Program-made: the position numbers and the translations under genes | Source of the DNA: a virus | Lineage: Duplodnaviria; Caudoviricetes | DNA length: 47,494 nucleotides | Virus record (IMG/VR): IMGVR_UViG_3300048576_000582 | Span: 1-47,494 of that record | Strand: one strand, 5' to 3' | Part shown: in pieces, positions 8,752 to 17,569 of the stretch | Layout: every line of letters begins with the position of its first letter | Position numbering within the stretch: the first letter of the stretch is position 1 | Notes under the pieces: generated by a model | What the model saw: only the letters and a program-made list of their open reading frames with translations | Database searches by the model: none | Told to the model about the DNA's origin: nothing

Positions 8752-8924
8752 ATTGGGATTGTAATGGCGGGGTAACGCGCGATCATGTTTCTCCAAAAAT
8801 ATGATGTATTTTTTCAGGCCAAACTAAAATCCCGCCAGTTGAATTATAAGGAAGGTGATTACCAAAATGACAAACTAGTCCCCAAGCGTATCCCTACAAA
8901 AAACAAATTTTAGGAGGTAAAACA

Positions 8925-9038
8925 ATGACTGATTTTGGAAACGAACCAACCACGCAAGAGGCTCCGGTGGAGCTGACCGAACCGGGAGCCGCGACAACCC
9001 CGGCCAACATTCCGGATCATCCTGATTCCGGGGAGTAA
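8925..9038 (+). CDS. 37-aa acidic Pro-rich peptide (not in ORF track)
   Basis: AGGAGGT RBS; MTDFGNEPTTQEAPVELTEPGAATTPANIPDHPDSGE. Confidence 0.5.
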   Translation: MTDFGNEPTTQEAPVELTEPGAATTPANIPDHPDSGE

Positions 9039-9417
9039 CCATCCCTGAATTTCAACGAATCACCCGGGGGCCCGGCAGGGGGTCTGACCCCCGGGTTTTA
9101 AAATCAGATTGTCCCTTCAAAAAAATGCAACTCAGGTTGATGTATAGATTCGGCCGGATGGGGAAACCGGCCGCAAGTTGGCGGGTGGTGTTTATAGATA
9201 GTTTGCGAAGGTCGAGCGAAAATTATCTTAAAAGCGCCATACGGAATATCGCACTAGGGGGAGGGACCGGTGGGGGCTGCTTGCGATAGCTGAAGGCCCT
9301 GGCCGCCAATTTGAAAATAACCGGCGCAAGCCGTTTAGATATAACTATTGTGGAAGTAAGTGTAAATGATGGAGAACTTGGGAAATTTATTTATTTTGAA
9401 TCATAAGGAGGATAACC

Positions 9418-9570
9418 ATGAAAAAAAGAACCTGTGCTATTTGTAAGCATTCTGCGAAAGAGATTACTGCAAAACCATGCAAAACATGTGATTTAGGGGA
9501 ATATGACGAATTTCAACTTTCTATTTGGCGGTGGATAGTAACACTATTTAAAGCCTGGTTTGCGAAATGA
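9418..9570 (+). CDS. 50-aa Zn-finger protein (not in ORF track)
   Basis: AAGGAGG RBS; CAIC...CKTC; ATGA overlap with next gene. Confidence 0.65.
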   Translation: MKKRTCAICKHSAKEITAKPCKTCDLGEYDEFQLSIWRWIVTLFKAWFAK

Positions 9571-10211
9571 AAGCATTATCATTTTACGAACCATACGCCA
9601 GCTTATTAGCCATCGGCGCTAAGAAAATCGAAACCCGGTCCGGCCAAATCAAATATAAAAATTACCGGGGCCCCATTTTTATTCATACTTCGTCGAAAAC
9701 ACCCAAATGGGCTTTGAATTTATGTCAGGAAAATCCGTATATTAAATCGGATTTGGAAGCGGCGAATATCAAGGAATTCACCTTGGGGGCCATCATCGGG
9801 ATGGTTACAATTTACGATGTGATTTCGCTTGATGGATATAATCCCGGGGTACCCGAAATCCACTTTGGAGATTATTCCCCCGGCCGGATCGGGCTGCTGA
9901 TGAAAAACCCGGTGAGATTTCGCAAACCGATTCCATGGAAAGGTCACCAAGGACTGTGGAATTTTGAACAAATTATATTTGACTCGGTGGGTCATATGAT
10001 ATCCACCAAAAATGAAGATCACCTGCATGAGTTTGCCGGTAAACTCGGATTGAAGCGGGAATGGTACCAGGATAAACAGGAACATCCCCATTATGATCTT
10101 ACCACCCCCAGAGCCCAGGAACGGGCCCGGGAGGCCGGGGCCATCGAAGTCCACCCCATTGATTTACTTTGGATTTTAAAAGCAGTGAACGGGGGAAAAG
10201 TGAATGGCTGA
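9567..10211 (+). CDS. ASCH domain fused to a DUF4031-like domain
   Basis: KALS..EPYASLLAIGAKKIETR (ASCH GxKxxExR); GHM...LHEFAGKLGLKREWYQ...HYDL. Confidence 0.75.
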   Translation: MKALSFYEPYASLLAIGAKKIETRSGQIKYKNYRGPIFIHTSSKTPKWALNLCQENPYIKSDLEAANIKEFTLGAIIGMVTIYDVISLDGYNPGVPEIHFGDYSPGRIGLLMKNPVRFRKPIPWKGHQGLWNFEQIIFDSVGHMISTKNEDHLHEFAGKLGLKREWYQDKQEHPHYDLTTPRAQERAREAGAIEVHPIDLLWILKAVNGGKVNG

Positions 10212-11082
10212 AAATACAACGATATCCTGGACAGACCACACTTGGAATTGGGCTCAAGGATGCCCCAAAAATCCGGATAGTCAGTATTTTGGTTGCTTAA
10301 ACTGCTATATGTATCGGGATAAGAAACGATACGGTCAAGATCCCGTCACCGTGATTCAATCGAAAAATGATACGTTTTATTTTCCCTTGAAATCCAAAAA
10401 TATCAAACCCGGGGATAAGATTTTCACTTTGAGCTGGGGTGACTTTTTTAATGTACAAGCTGATCCTTGGCGCCCGGCCGCCTGGGATATTATTCGCAGA
10501 ACCCCACATTATGTATATTTGATACTCTCAAAATGGCCGGAAAATATTTTGAGCCGGCTTCCTGATGATTGGGGTTCGGGTTGGCCCAATGTTTGGTTGG
10601 GGGTAACCACCGAGAATCAGCAAATGGCTGATAAACGGATTCCTATTTTGTTACAAGTACCATCGGCGATCCGGTTTGTGAGTATTGAACCAATGCTTGG
10701 ACCGGTTAATTTAAGGCATATTCAAACAAGTGAAGTTGAAATCGATTCTTTGACCGGCGATCATGGCGTTATTAGACCACTCCAAGGAAGAAGTGATAAA
10801 AAACTTGATTGGGTAATCGTCGGTGGTGAATCCGGGAACAGAGCCCGGCCAACCCATCCGGATTTGGTCCGGTCAATTCGGGATCAATGCAAGGAATCTG
10901 GAACACCTTTCTTTTTCAAGCAATGGGGCAAATGGTGTCCAGGGGAAAAAGGGGAACTGTACTATAAGGAAACGATTACGTATACCGACGGTCAACCCAT
11001 GGTCAATTGTGGAACTGAGCTGTCAGGAAATTATCTGGATGGTAAGAAATATATGGAGTTTCCGAAGCCATGCCAGTTATAG
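10204..11082 (+). CDS. Phage Gp37/Gp68 (DUF5131) radical-SAM-like protein
   Basis: ISWTDHTWN..GC...GCLNCY; RFVSIEPMLG; WVIVGGESG; FFFKQWG. Confidence 0.88.
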   Translation: MAENTTISWTDHTWNWAQGCPKNPDSQYFGCLNCYMYRDKKRYGQDPVTVIQSKNDTFYFPLKSKNIKPGDKIFTLSWGDFFNVQADPWRPAAWDIIRRTPHYVYLILSKWPENILSRLPDDWGSGWPNVWLGVTTENQQMADKRIPILLQVPSAIRFVSIEPMLGPVNLRHIQTSEVEIDSLTGDHGVIRPLQGRSDKKLDWVIVGGESGNRARPTHPDLVRSIRDQCKESGTPFFFKQWGKWCPGEKGELYYKETITYTDGQPMVNCGTELSGNYLDGKKYMEFPKPCQL

Positions 11083-11947
11083 ATAACCCTATCCTCCGTT
11101 ACCCGGGGTCAAAATGGCGACTTGGGCTATGGTTAAGCGGGTATATTGCCCAAATTAAACACCATACATATTTGAACCCATACTGTGGTTCGTTAGCGGA
11201 TATTTTTTATAAAGACCCATCACCACTTGAAACCGTCAACGATATCGATAAAAATATTGTCAATCTTTTTAAAGTGATCCGCGACCATCCCGACGAACTG
11301 GCCAGGCTGATCGAATTCACTCCCTGGGATCGGTCGGAATACGAGGAAATTTTACCGGAATCTATTACCGCCGATAATACTGAATATTTTATCCGGACAG
11401 GTGAACCTTTGGAAGATGCCCGAAGAATGCTTATCCGATGTTGGATGTCATTTGGCGCGAAAACTGCTGATCGAAGTTCCTGGGCCCATAATATTCAAAA
11501 ACAAAAAAAGGTGGGGTTAACGCTCCACCAAAACGCTGGGATCGGTTACCGGAAATCATTATCAAGGCTGCCGAACGATTGAAACAACTTCAGATTGAAA
11601 ATTTACCCGCGCTAAAGTTGATTTCAAATTACCGGTATCCTGAAGTTTTAATCTATGCTGATCCGCCTTATCCATTGGAAACTCGGAGCCGGAGGCTATA
11701 TAAAAATGAAATGACAAATGCAGAGCATTTAAAATTATTGCGGTCCCTCCAGGAGCATCCGGGTCCGGTGATGATATCCAGTTATGAAAATGTATTGTAT
11801 ACTCAAGAGCTTTCGGGATGGCATTCGGAATACAAGAAAAATCAAACGGAACTTGGAAAAACTCGGATTGAAGTCCTTTGGTTTAATTCAGTGGCCGCCG
11901 TCCAAATTAAAGCACCAACTCAAATCAATTTAGACCTGGGGGTTTAA
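11070..11947 (+). CDS. Dam-like (D12 class) N6-adenine methyltransferase split by a -1 frame change
   Basis: RYPGSK, NPYCGS and NDID in 11070-11582; DPPY in 11579-11947; A_AAA_AAG at 11504-11510. Confidence 0.85.
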
Positions 11948-12336
11948 TGTTAAACGGTAAATATGTTCTCATATTTGACTATGACGGAACGATTGTAAGA
12001 AACCGCTGGCCGGAGCCGGGACCCTTCCGGATCGGAGCCCGGTTTTGGATCAAGTGGTTTAAAAAGCAGGGTCATTATTTAATACTCAATACTTGCCGGA
12101 CTTGCTTAAATAAGCATCCTTGTTTGTTATGCCTGGCTAAACATCAGCTTGAAAAAGCCGGTTTGAAGTTTGATTATTATAACGAAAATCATCCGGATCT
12201 TATCCGTCAATACGGCGTGGACTCCCGGAAGATTTCGGGAGACTGGTACTTTGATGACCTGGCCGGTTTTATGGGCTGGTGGACCGTGCCATTTATCCTT
12301 ATTTGGCTCAAAATAAAAAATCACCGGCGGGGGTGA
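11947..12336 (+). CDS. Capless HAD-family phosphatase-like protein
   Basis: DYDGT motif I; K...YFDD. Confidence 0.75.
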   Translation: MLNGKYVLIFDYDGTIVRNRWPEPGPFRIGARFWIKWFKKQGHYLILNTCRTCLNKHPCLLCLAKHQLEKAGLKFDYYNENHPDLIRQYGVDSRKISGDWYFDDLAGFMGWWTVPFILIWLKIKNHRRG

Positions 12337-12341
12337 TCAAC

Positions 12342-13289
12342 ATGGCAGAATGTCGGATAACAATTAACTCAGCTGATACCCGATTTCGGATCGAGGGCGA
12401 TTATCGACCGGATTTTTATGATCAGCTAAAGCAGCTGGTACCGAAAACAAATCGGGCATATTTTGATGATGAAAAATGTTGGACCATGGACACGGTATAT
12501 TTTAGCCAAATTTTCACCCTGGCGTATGATCATTATTCAAAAATCAGCCTGATTGAAAATGGCCGGGATCCGGAAGAATTTATAACCGGTAAATTTGAAA
12601 CTTCGAAACATTGCCGGATACGGTATGACGATCAAACCGCTTATATCGATTTTGAAACGAAATCCGAAAATTTTTTGTTTTGGTTATATCGCCATTTACC
12701 CCGGGAGCGCTGGACGGCCACCGGAGATGGCGGCCGGTTGGGTGGCATGTTCACCCACCAGGAAGCAGATTATGTATTTGGTATCGCCCAGGGCCAAGGA
12801 CTTGACCCGGACGAAAAAGACCCTGAAAAGCGGGATAAGCAACTAAAAAGCTGGTGTGAAAAAATTGATCTCCGGACGCATCCGCCGGCGGGACCCAGTG
12901 AGCCGATCAGCTCGCCGAATCGATCCGGTCCGGTACCGGAGCCAGCGCCAACACAAAATCATCCGAAATGCCGGATAATTTATGATAATGGCTCCATATC
13001 GCTGGAGTATGAACCAATTGATCCAATTTTTGATTATTGGATAGCCAAAAAAATTAATTCTGATCGGTTGCGCCAGACCGGACGGGGAATCGAATTGGGG
13101 TGTTCCGTCACCATTGGTGAGGTTGATTATATCAAAGAAATTTTAGTCAGGCCCTGGCCGGGGCAAAAATTAGGATGGACGATTGATGAAAAAGTTTTTA
13201 CGGTTACACAATCAGCTCCGGTACCTTTAGAAATACCGGTTAATAAAGAAGTTGATTGGAAGTCCGTTGGCCAAATGAGTTTATTTTAA
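12342..13289 (+). CDS. Protein with three repeated alpha/beta domains and C-terminal QMSLF
   Basis: ECRITI / HCRIRY / KCRIIY repeat starts; clamp-binding-like end. Confidence 0.55.
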   Translation: MAECRITINSADTRFRIEGDYRPDFYDQLKQLVPKTNRAYFDDEKCWTMDTVYFSQIFTLAYDHYSKISLIENGRDPEEFITGKFETSKHCRIRYDDQTAYIDFETKSENFLFWLYRHLPRERWTATGDGGRLGGMFTHQEADYVFGIAQGQGLDPDEKDPEKRDKQLKSWCEKIDLRTHPPAGPSEPISSPNRSGPVPEPAPTQNHPKCRIIYDNGSISLEYEPIDPIFDYWIAKKINSDRLRQTGRGIELGCSVTIGEVDYIKEILVRPWPGQKLGWTIDEKVFTVTQSAPVPLEIPVNKEVDWKSVGQMSLF

Positions 13290-13342
13290 AGATTATTAAA
13301 GGGGACAACCCTTTTAATAAAATAACAAAAGGGGATAAAACA

Positions 13343-13636
13343 GTGGAACAAAATGAACAGTATGTAATTGTGAGGACTTATTCAGCGGGGGTTTTTGCGG
13401 GGGAATTAAAATCCCGTGATGGTCAAGAGGTCGTACTGACTAACGCCAGGAGGCTCTGGTACTGGTCCGGGGCAGCGTCATTATCCCAATTAGCTGTTGA
13501 AGGAACCTCTCGACCGGAAAGTTGTAAATTTCCTGTCGCCGTACCGGAAGTAACTTTGTTACAAGCAATTGAAATTCTATCGGTTACGGATGCAGCTAAA
13601 GCATCCATCGAGAAGGTGACGGCATGGAGAGCTTAG
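13343..13636 (+). CDS. Conserved phage protein (DUF6948-like)
   Basis: YVIVRTYSAGVFAG...NARRLWYWSGAASLSQLA. Confidence 0.75.
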   Translation: MEQNEQYVIVRTYSAGVFAGELKSRDGQEVVLTNARRLWYWSGAASLSQLAVEGTSRPESCKFPVAVPEVTLLQAIEILSVTDAAKASIEKVTAWRA

Positions 13637-13833
13637 AGAAAATTTCCGGTTACGGTTCCGGTTCCGGTGACGGTGACGGTGACGGTTCCGGTTACGGTTC
13701 CGGTGACGGTGACGGTTCCGGTTCCGGTTACGGTGACGGTGACGGTTCCGGTTACGGTTCCGGTGACGGTGACGGTTCCGGTTCCGGTTACGGTGACGGT
13801 GACGGTTCCGGTTACGGTTCCGGTGACGGTTAA
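13624..13833 (+). CDS. Gly-rich (G-D/S/Y)n peptide encoded by hexamer repeats
   Basis: GGTNNC units 13648-13830 with 60-bp higher-order period. Confidence 0.6.
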   Translation: MESLEKISGYGSGSGDGDGDGSGYGSGDGDGSGSGYGDGDGSGYGSGDGDGSGSGYGDGDGSGYGSGDG

Positions 13834-13931
13834 TCAATTATGAAAGATTGGTGATTTCAATGGTTCGCGGTCCTCCGTGTATTTAATACGTACATCCAAA
13901 TAATTAAATCTATTTCAAGGAGTGGACTAAC

Positions 13932-14735
13932 ATGGCTGAATGCCAAATTCAGCAAGAGGGATGGCATTATACCATCGTTGAAAATGCAGTGCTGGACGAT
14001 TTGGAACTAAGCAAAGAAGCTCGGTTATTATACGTTTATCTTAGCCGGTTTGCAAATAGCGCGGATAAAAAATGTTGGCCATCCATTGATACTTTGGCAA
14101 AACTGTCCGGTATAAGTGAACGTAAGGTCCGGTACTGTTTAAAAGAACTAGAAACCCGGGAGTACATACGAAAGGTCTATCGCCGGGAAGGTTCCAAGAA
14201 TTTAAGCAATTTATATATATTGCGATACATTCCACCCAAAGTAACTTTTGATGAATCTTCCACTCAAGAGGTGGTGCACACTGTGCAGGAGGGTACTGCA
14301 CCACATGCACCCGAGGTGGTGCACACTGTGCAGGAGGGTACTGCACCACATGCACCCGAACTAAAGCTATTGAACTATAACCATAAAGAACTAAATTATA
14401 CCCCTGAATTTGATTTTTTTTGGAAAGGATATCCAAAAAAAATTGAAAAGATAAAAGTTTTTAAATGTTGGAATACCCGGATAAAGGACGGCTATACTCC
14501 TGAACAGATGATCACTGCGGCTAAAAAATATTTAACATCACTTCATGAAGGGACCGAACTGCAATACATAAAGAATCCCAGTACATTTATAGGACCAAAC
14601 AAACCATTTTTGGATTACTTAGATGGTTTACCCCCGGAGCCTCCAGATGGAGAAACAATCATAACAGATGTGGATATAGAGCTTGAGTCATATTTAGCGA
14701 GGTGTCGCGGAGATGCAAGGGAATCTGGAAGCTGA
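13932..14735 (+). CDS. Phage replication initiator (N-terminal HTH)
   Basis: CWPSIDTLAKLSGISERKVR; FDFFWKGYPKK...YIKNPSTFI; upstream of helicase. Confidence 0.85.
   Translation: MAECQIQQEGWHYTIVENAVLDDLELSKEARLLYVYLSRFANSADKKCWPSIDTLAKLSGISERKVRYCLKELETREYIRKVYRREGSKNLSNLYILRYIPPKVTFDESSTQEVVHTVQEGTAPHAPEVVHTVQEGTAPHAPELKLLNYNHKELNYTPEFDFFWKGYPKKIEKIKVFKCWNTRIKDGYTPEQMITAAKKYLTSLHEGTELQYIKNPSTFIGPNKPFLDYLDGLPPEPPDGETIITDVDIELESYLARCRGDARESGS
14268..14400 (+). repeat. Putative replication origin: 2 x 45-bp tandem repeat plus AT-rich tract
   Basis: 14268-14312 is identical to 14313-14357; TGCA iterons. Confidence 0.65.
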
Positions 14736-16026
14736 AAATTATTTGATTAGTTCTGTTATGAATTACGGTTTGGAACTCTTTGATGATATCCAAGATCAAG
14801 TTTTGACAGATGATTTTGTCAGACCCCAAAACAAGCTTTTTTGGGATTCGTTTAAAAAATGCTCAGAGGATCGTCAACCAATTGATCCAGTGGGGGTTTT
14901 TGACAGCATACCCCAAAACAAAAAGGATTCGTCTGGGTTAACTCATGCGGTCTGGGCCGAGATGATGAGATACTATCCAGACATCAAACGAGTCCCGGAT
15001 TACATTGGTATTGTTAAAAAACATAGCTTATCTAGGCAAAGCATATTTCAATATCAGCAGCGAATACAGCAGTTACAGAACGGAGCAGATCCCAACGACG
15101 TAGTTTCGCAAGGTATCCTTGAAGACTCTGAACGACTAGATAAAAATTCCAGACAAGAAAAAATACAGATGATTGGTGACGGTATATTGGATTTTGTGGA
15201 TGATTTGGAGGCTAAAATACGGGCTCAAAAATCAATCACTGGATTACGAACAGGGTATGACGCTTTGGATTATATTCTTGGTGGACTGGACCCGGACACC
15301 ATAAATATTTTGGCAGCTCCACCGGGTACCGGAAAGACAACCAAGGTTATCAATATTGCCAGGACTGTCGCCATCAATTTCGGTCCAGTATATTTTGCTT
15401 CACTTGAAATGTCCAAGGAGCAGCTGCAAGGAAAATTTCTTGCTCTCGAAGCCCAGATGGATTCCATGGCATTCCGAAATGTAAATCTTCTGAAACTGGA
15501 AGATATTGATCATTTAACTCAAAAAGCTTCAAAACTAAGCAATTATCCAATTATTATTGACGACTCAACGGAAACCAAGGCATCGGATATTTTAATTCGC
15601 GGCCGTAAATTGAAAAAAAAATATGGAATCAAATTGATAATCATCGATTTTTTTCAATTGATGAAGCCTGAATATGAAATCCATGGTAATTCCAGGGCTG
15701 AATTGAATGGTTCATTACGAGTACTTAAAAAAATTGGCCGTGAATTAAGAATTCCAATTTATCTAATATGTCAACTTAACCGTGATATTTACAAACGGAA
15801 AGACCCCAAACCGGTATTTTCGGATTTGAATGAAACCGGGAATTTAGAGCAAGCAGCAAGTTCAATTCAATTTCTCTACCGGCGTAACGACGACCCGGAA
15901 TGGGTAATCAGGGATAATATAGCTAAAAATCGCTATGGAATCAAGGACAAAGATGTCCTATTCGATTTCTTTCCTGAAAAATCAACTTTTAAACTAGCGG
16001 GTGCAACCAAGACTAAGACCTATTAA
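14713..16026 (+). CDS. dnaB: DnaB-like replicative helicase
   Basis: APPGTGKT, SLEMS, IIDFFQL, QLNR, AKNRYG. Confidence 0.92.
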   Translation: MQGNLEAENYLISSVMNYGLELFDDIQDQVLTDDFVRPQNKLFWDSFKKCSEDRQPIDPVGVFDSIPQNKKDSSGLTHAVWAEMMRYYPDIKRVPDYIGIVKKHSLSRQSIFQYQQRIQQLQNGADPNDVVSQGILEDSERLDKNSRQEKIQMIGDGILDFVDDLEAKIRAQKSITGLRTGYDALDYILGGLDPDTINILAAPPGTGKTTKVINIARTVAINFGPVYFASLEMSKEQLQGKFLALEAQMDSMAFRNVNLLKLEDIDHLTQKASKLSNYPIIIDDSTETKASDILIRGRKLKKKYGIKLIIIDFFQLMKPEYEIHGNSRAELNGSLRVLKKIGRELRIPIYLICQLNRDIYKRKDPKPVFSDLNETGNLEQAASSIQFLYRRNDDPEWVIRDNIAKNRYGIKDKDVLFDFFPEKSTFKLAGATKTKTY

Positions 16027-16203
16027 TAGAAAATAGTAAAACGGTTTAAAACATGGTTATTACTCATTTATAAATTATCTATAAAATGGAGTACATTAAA
16101 TTAAAAAATAGGATGTTTTAGAACCATTGATTTATCAAGGTTTATAAATAATCAATGAATTTAATAGAATCTAAGATATAGATAATTCGATAAAAAAATC
16201 AAG

Positions 16204-16235
16204 TCGTTTTATCAATATTGACAAGTGTTTCAAAA
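16204..16235 (+). repeat. Left 32-bp inverted repeat
   Basis: TCGTTTTATCAATATTGACAAGTGTTTCAAAA; 31/32 match to reverse complement of 17085-17116. Confidence 0.9.
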
Positions 16236-16326
16236 ATTTGATCATTCACGATCCGACAGTACCGACAAAAAGCAACGATTTCCTAATTATTAACAAATTT
16301 ACTAAAATGGAGGATAAATAAAATCT

Positions 16327-16584
16327 ATGGGAAACCAACCAGCAACTCAACCGGAATCCATATTAAGAGATCGACTAGAGAAATCTTGGTCGTCTCTTGG
16401 GGAAGCACTATCCAACATTCGGTCAATTAATGGAAAGCTATTTTCCCCATCGCCATGCAACACAATCCCCGGGGAAAAAATTAGTAGCGTAGACACTTCT
16501 AGTGTTGAGAATTTAGTTTCTTTAATTGAAACAGCCGCTCAACAAATCGAAATGGAATCAAGACAAATAAGCAATAGAATTTAA
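16327..16584 (+). CDS. Small helical hypothetical protein inside the inverted-repeat cassette
   Basis: GGAGG RBS; two amphipathic helices. Confidence 0.6.
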   Translation: MGNQPATQPESILRDRLEKSWSSLGEALSNIRSINGKLFSPSPCNTIPGEKISSVDTSSVENLVSLIETAAQQIEMESRQISNRI

Positions 16585-16599
16585 AGGGGTGTTAGGTTT

Positions 16600-17061
16600 A
16601 TGAGCATAAAAGTTTTAGCTAAAAATCAATTGAATGATTCAATGACCATCGATTTTTGTTGCGGTGATAAAGAATATCGCCTCGAACCTGCTGAAAGTCA
16701 AGAAATCGAAATCCAAGACGGTGACTGCATGTACTTTGATATAGTCGGCAGAATGGCAAGACCAGAAGGCCAAAGAGCCTATCCGATACCAAATGGAGAA
16801 TGGAAGCCCTTCGTATATGTTCAAGATGATAGCGTAACTTTCATCGGCCAGGGCGGTCCCATCAAAGAAATCGGAGTCAATGGATGCCAGATTGATGACC
16901 TTATCGAGTTTGCCCGGGATGTACTGCAAGTATTTAATCAGCGGGTTCCTTGTCGGGAAACTAGCATGATGATCACCAAGCTGGATGAAGCGCTTTTATG
17001 GAGCATGAAACGGAAACAGGAACGGGAAAATCGCCAAGTTGAAGGGACAAGCCAGGTATAA
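16600..17061 (+). CDS. tad1: Tad1/Acb2-family signal-sponge anti-defence protein with N-terminal extension
   Basis: QGGPIKEIGVNG...DDLIEFARDVL...CRETSMMITKLDEALLW...RKQERENRQVEGT matches the Tad1 helical hairpin as I recall it. Confidence 0.75.
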   Translation: MSIKVLAKNQLNDSMTIDFCCGDKEYRLEPAESQEIEIQDGDCMYFDIVGRMARPEGQRAYPIPNGEWKPFVYVQDDSVTFIGQGGPIKEIGVNGCQIDDLIEFARDVLQVFNQRVPCRETSMMITKLDEALLWSMKRKQERENRQVEGTSQV

Positions 17062-17084
17062 TCATCAAATAACTGTTGGATTGA

Positions 17085-17116
17085 TTTTGAAACACTTGTC
17101 AATGTTGATAAAACGA
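17085..17116 (-). repeat. Right 32-bp inverted repeat
   Basis: TTTTGAAACACTTGTCAATGTTGATAAAACGA. Confidence 0.9.
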
Positions 17117-17127
17117 TTAAGGGAGGC

Positions 17128-17397
17128 TTGATTTTGAAAGGGCGGCCATCAATTTCAAAAGAAGAGCATCAAACAAGAATGAAACTGTACAACAAAGGAT
17201 ACAGTGATTTGCAAATCGCATTAAATCGCGGATACTTTACCGCCGGACCTATCCTTGCATGGAGAAAAAAACATGGACTTCCAGCAAACAATGGTCCAAA
17301 GGGCGAAAGCCTTAAAAAGCAAACAAACAAGTTTAATTACTTATTTAACGGCAGAGTACCTAAATATAGGCTATTAAAAGCATATCACGAAAGGTAA
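17128..17397 (+). CDS. HTH DNA-binding protein
   Basis: LYNKGYSDLQIA...WRKKHGLPAN. Confidence 0.6.
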   Translation: MILKGRPSISKEEHQTRMKLYNKGYSDLQIALNRGYFTAGPILAWRKKHGLPANNGPKGESLKKQTNKFNYLFNGRVPKYRLLKAYHER

Positions 17398-17413
17398 AGG
17401 AGGTTTTTAAAAT

Positions 17414-17569
17414 ATGGCCATTTTTGACTTTAATGATGAGCGCGGAAGTAAGCGACATTGCGAAACAGGCTTAGATTTTCCTTTGCTAGAGTACAATTGG
17501 TCTGATTGGTCTGAGTTTGTGGAGGATAGCTATCACGAATATTCAAACAAAATCGATGGGCTGCAATAA
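17414..17569 (+). CDS. 51-aa acidic protein (not in ORF track)
   Basis: AAAGGAGG RBS; MAIFDFNDER resembles start of 18173 protein. Confidence 0.5.
   Translation: MAIFDFNDERGSKRHCETGLDFPLLEYNWSDWSEFVEDSYHEYSNKIDGLQ

Noticed and set aside
13577-13837. Arg/Asn/His-rich minus-strand ORF
   Set aside because: Antisense shadow of the hexamer repeat
16204-17116. Autonomous IS element
   Set aside because: No transposase and no clear target-site duplication
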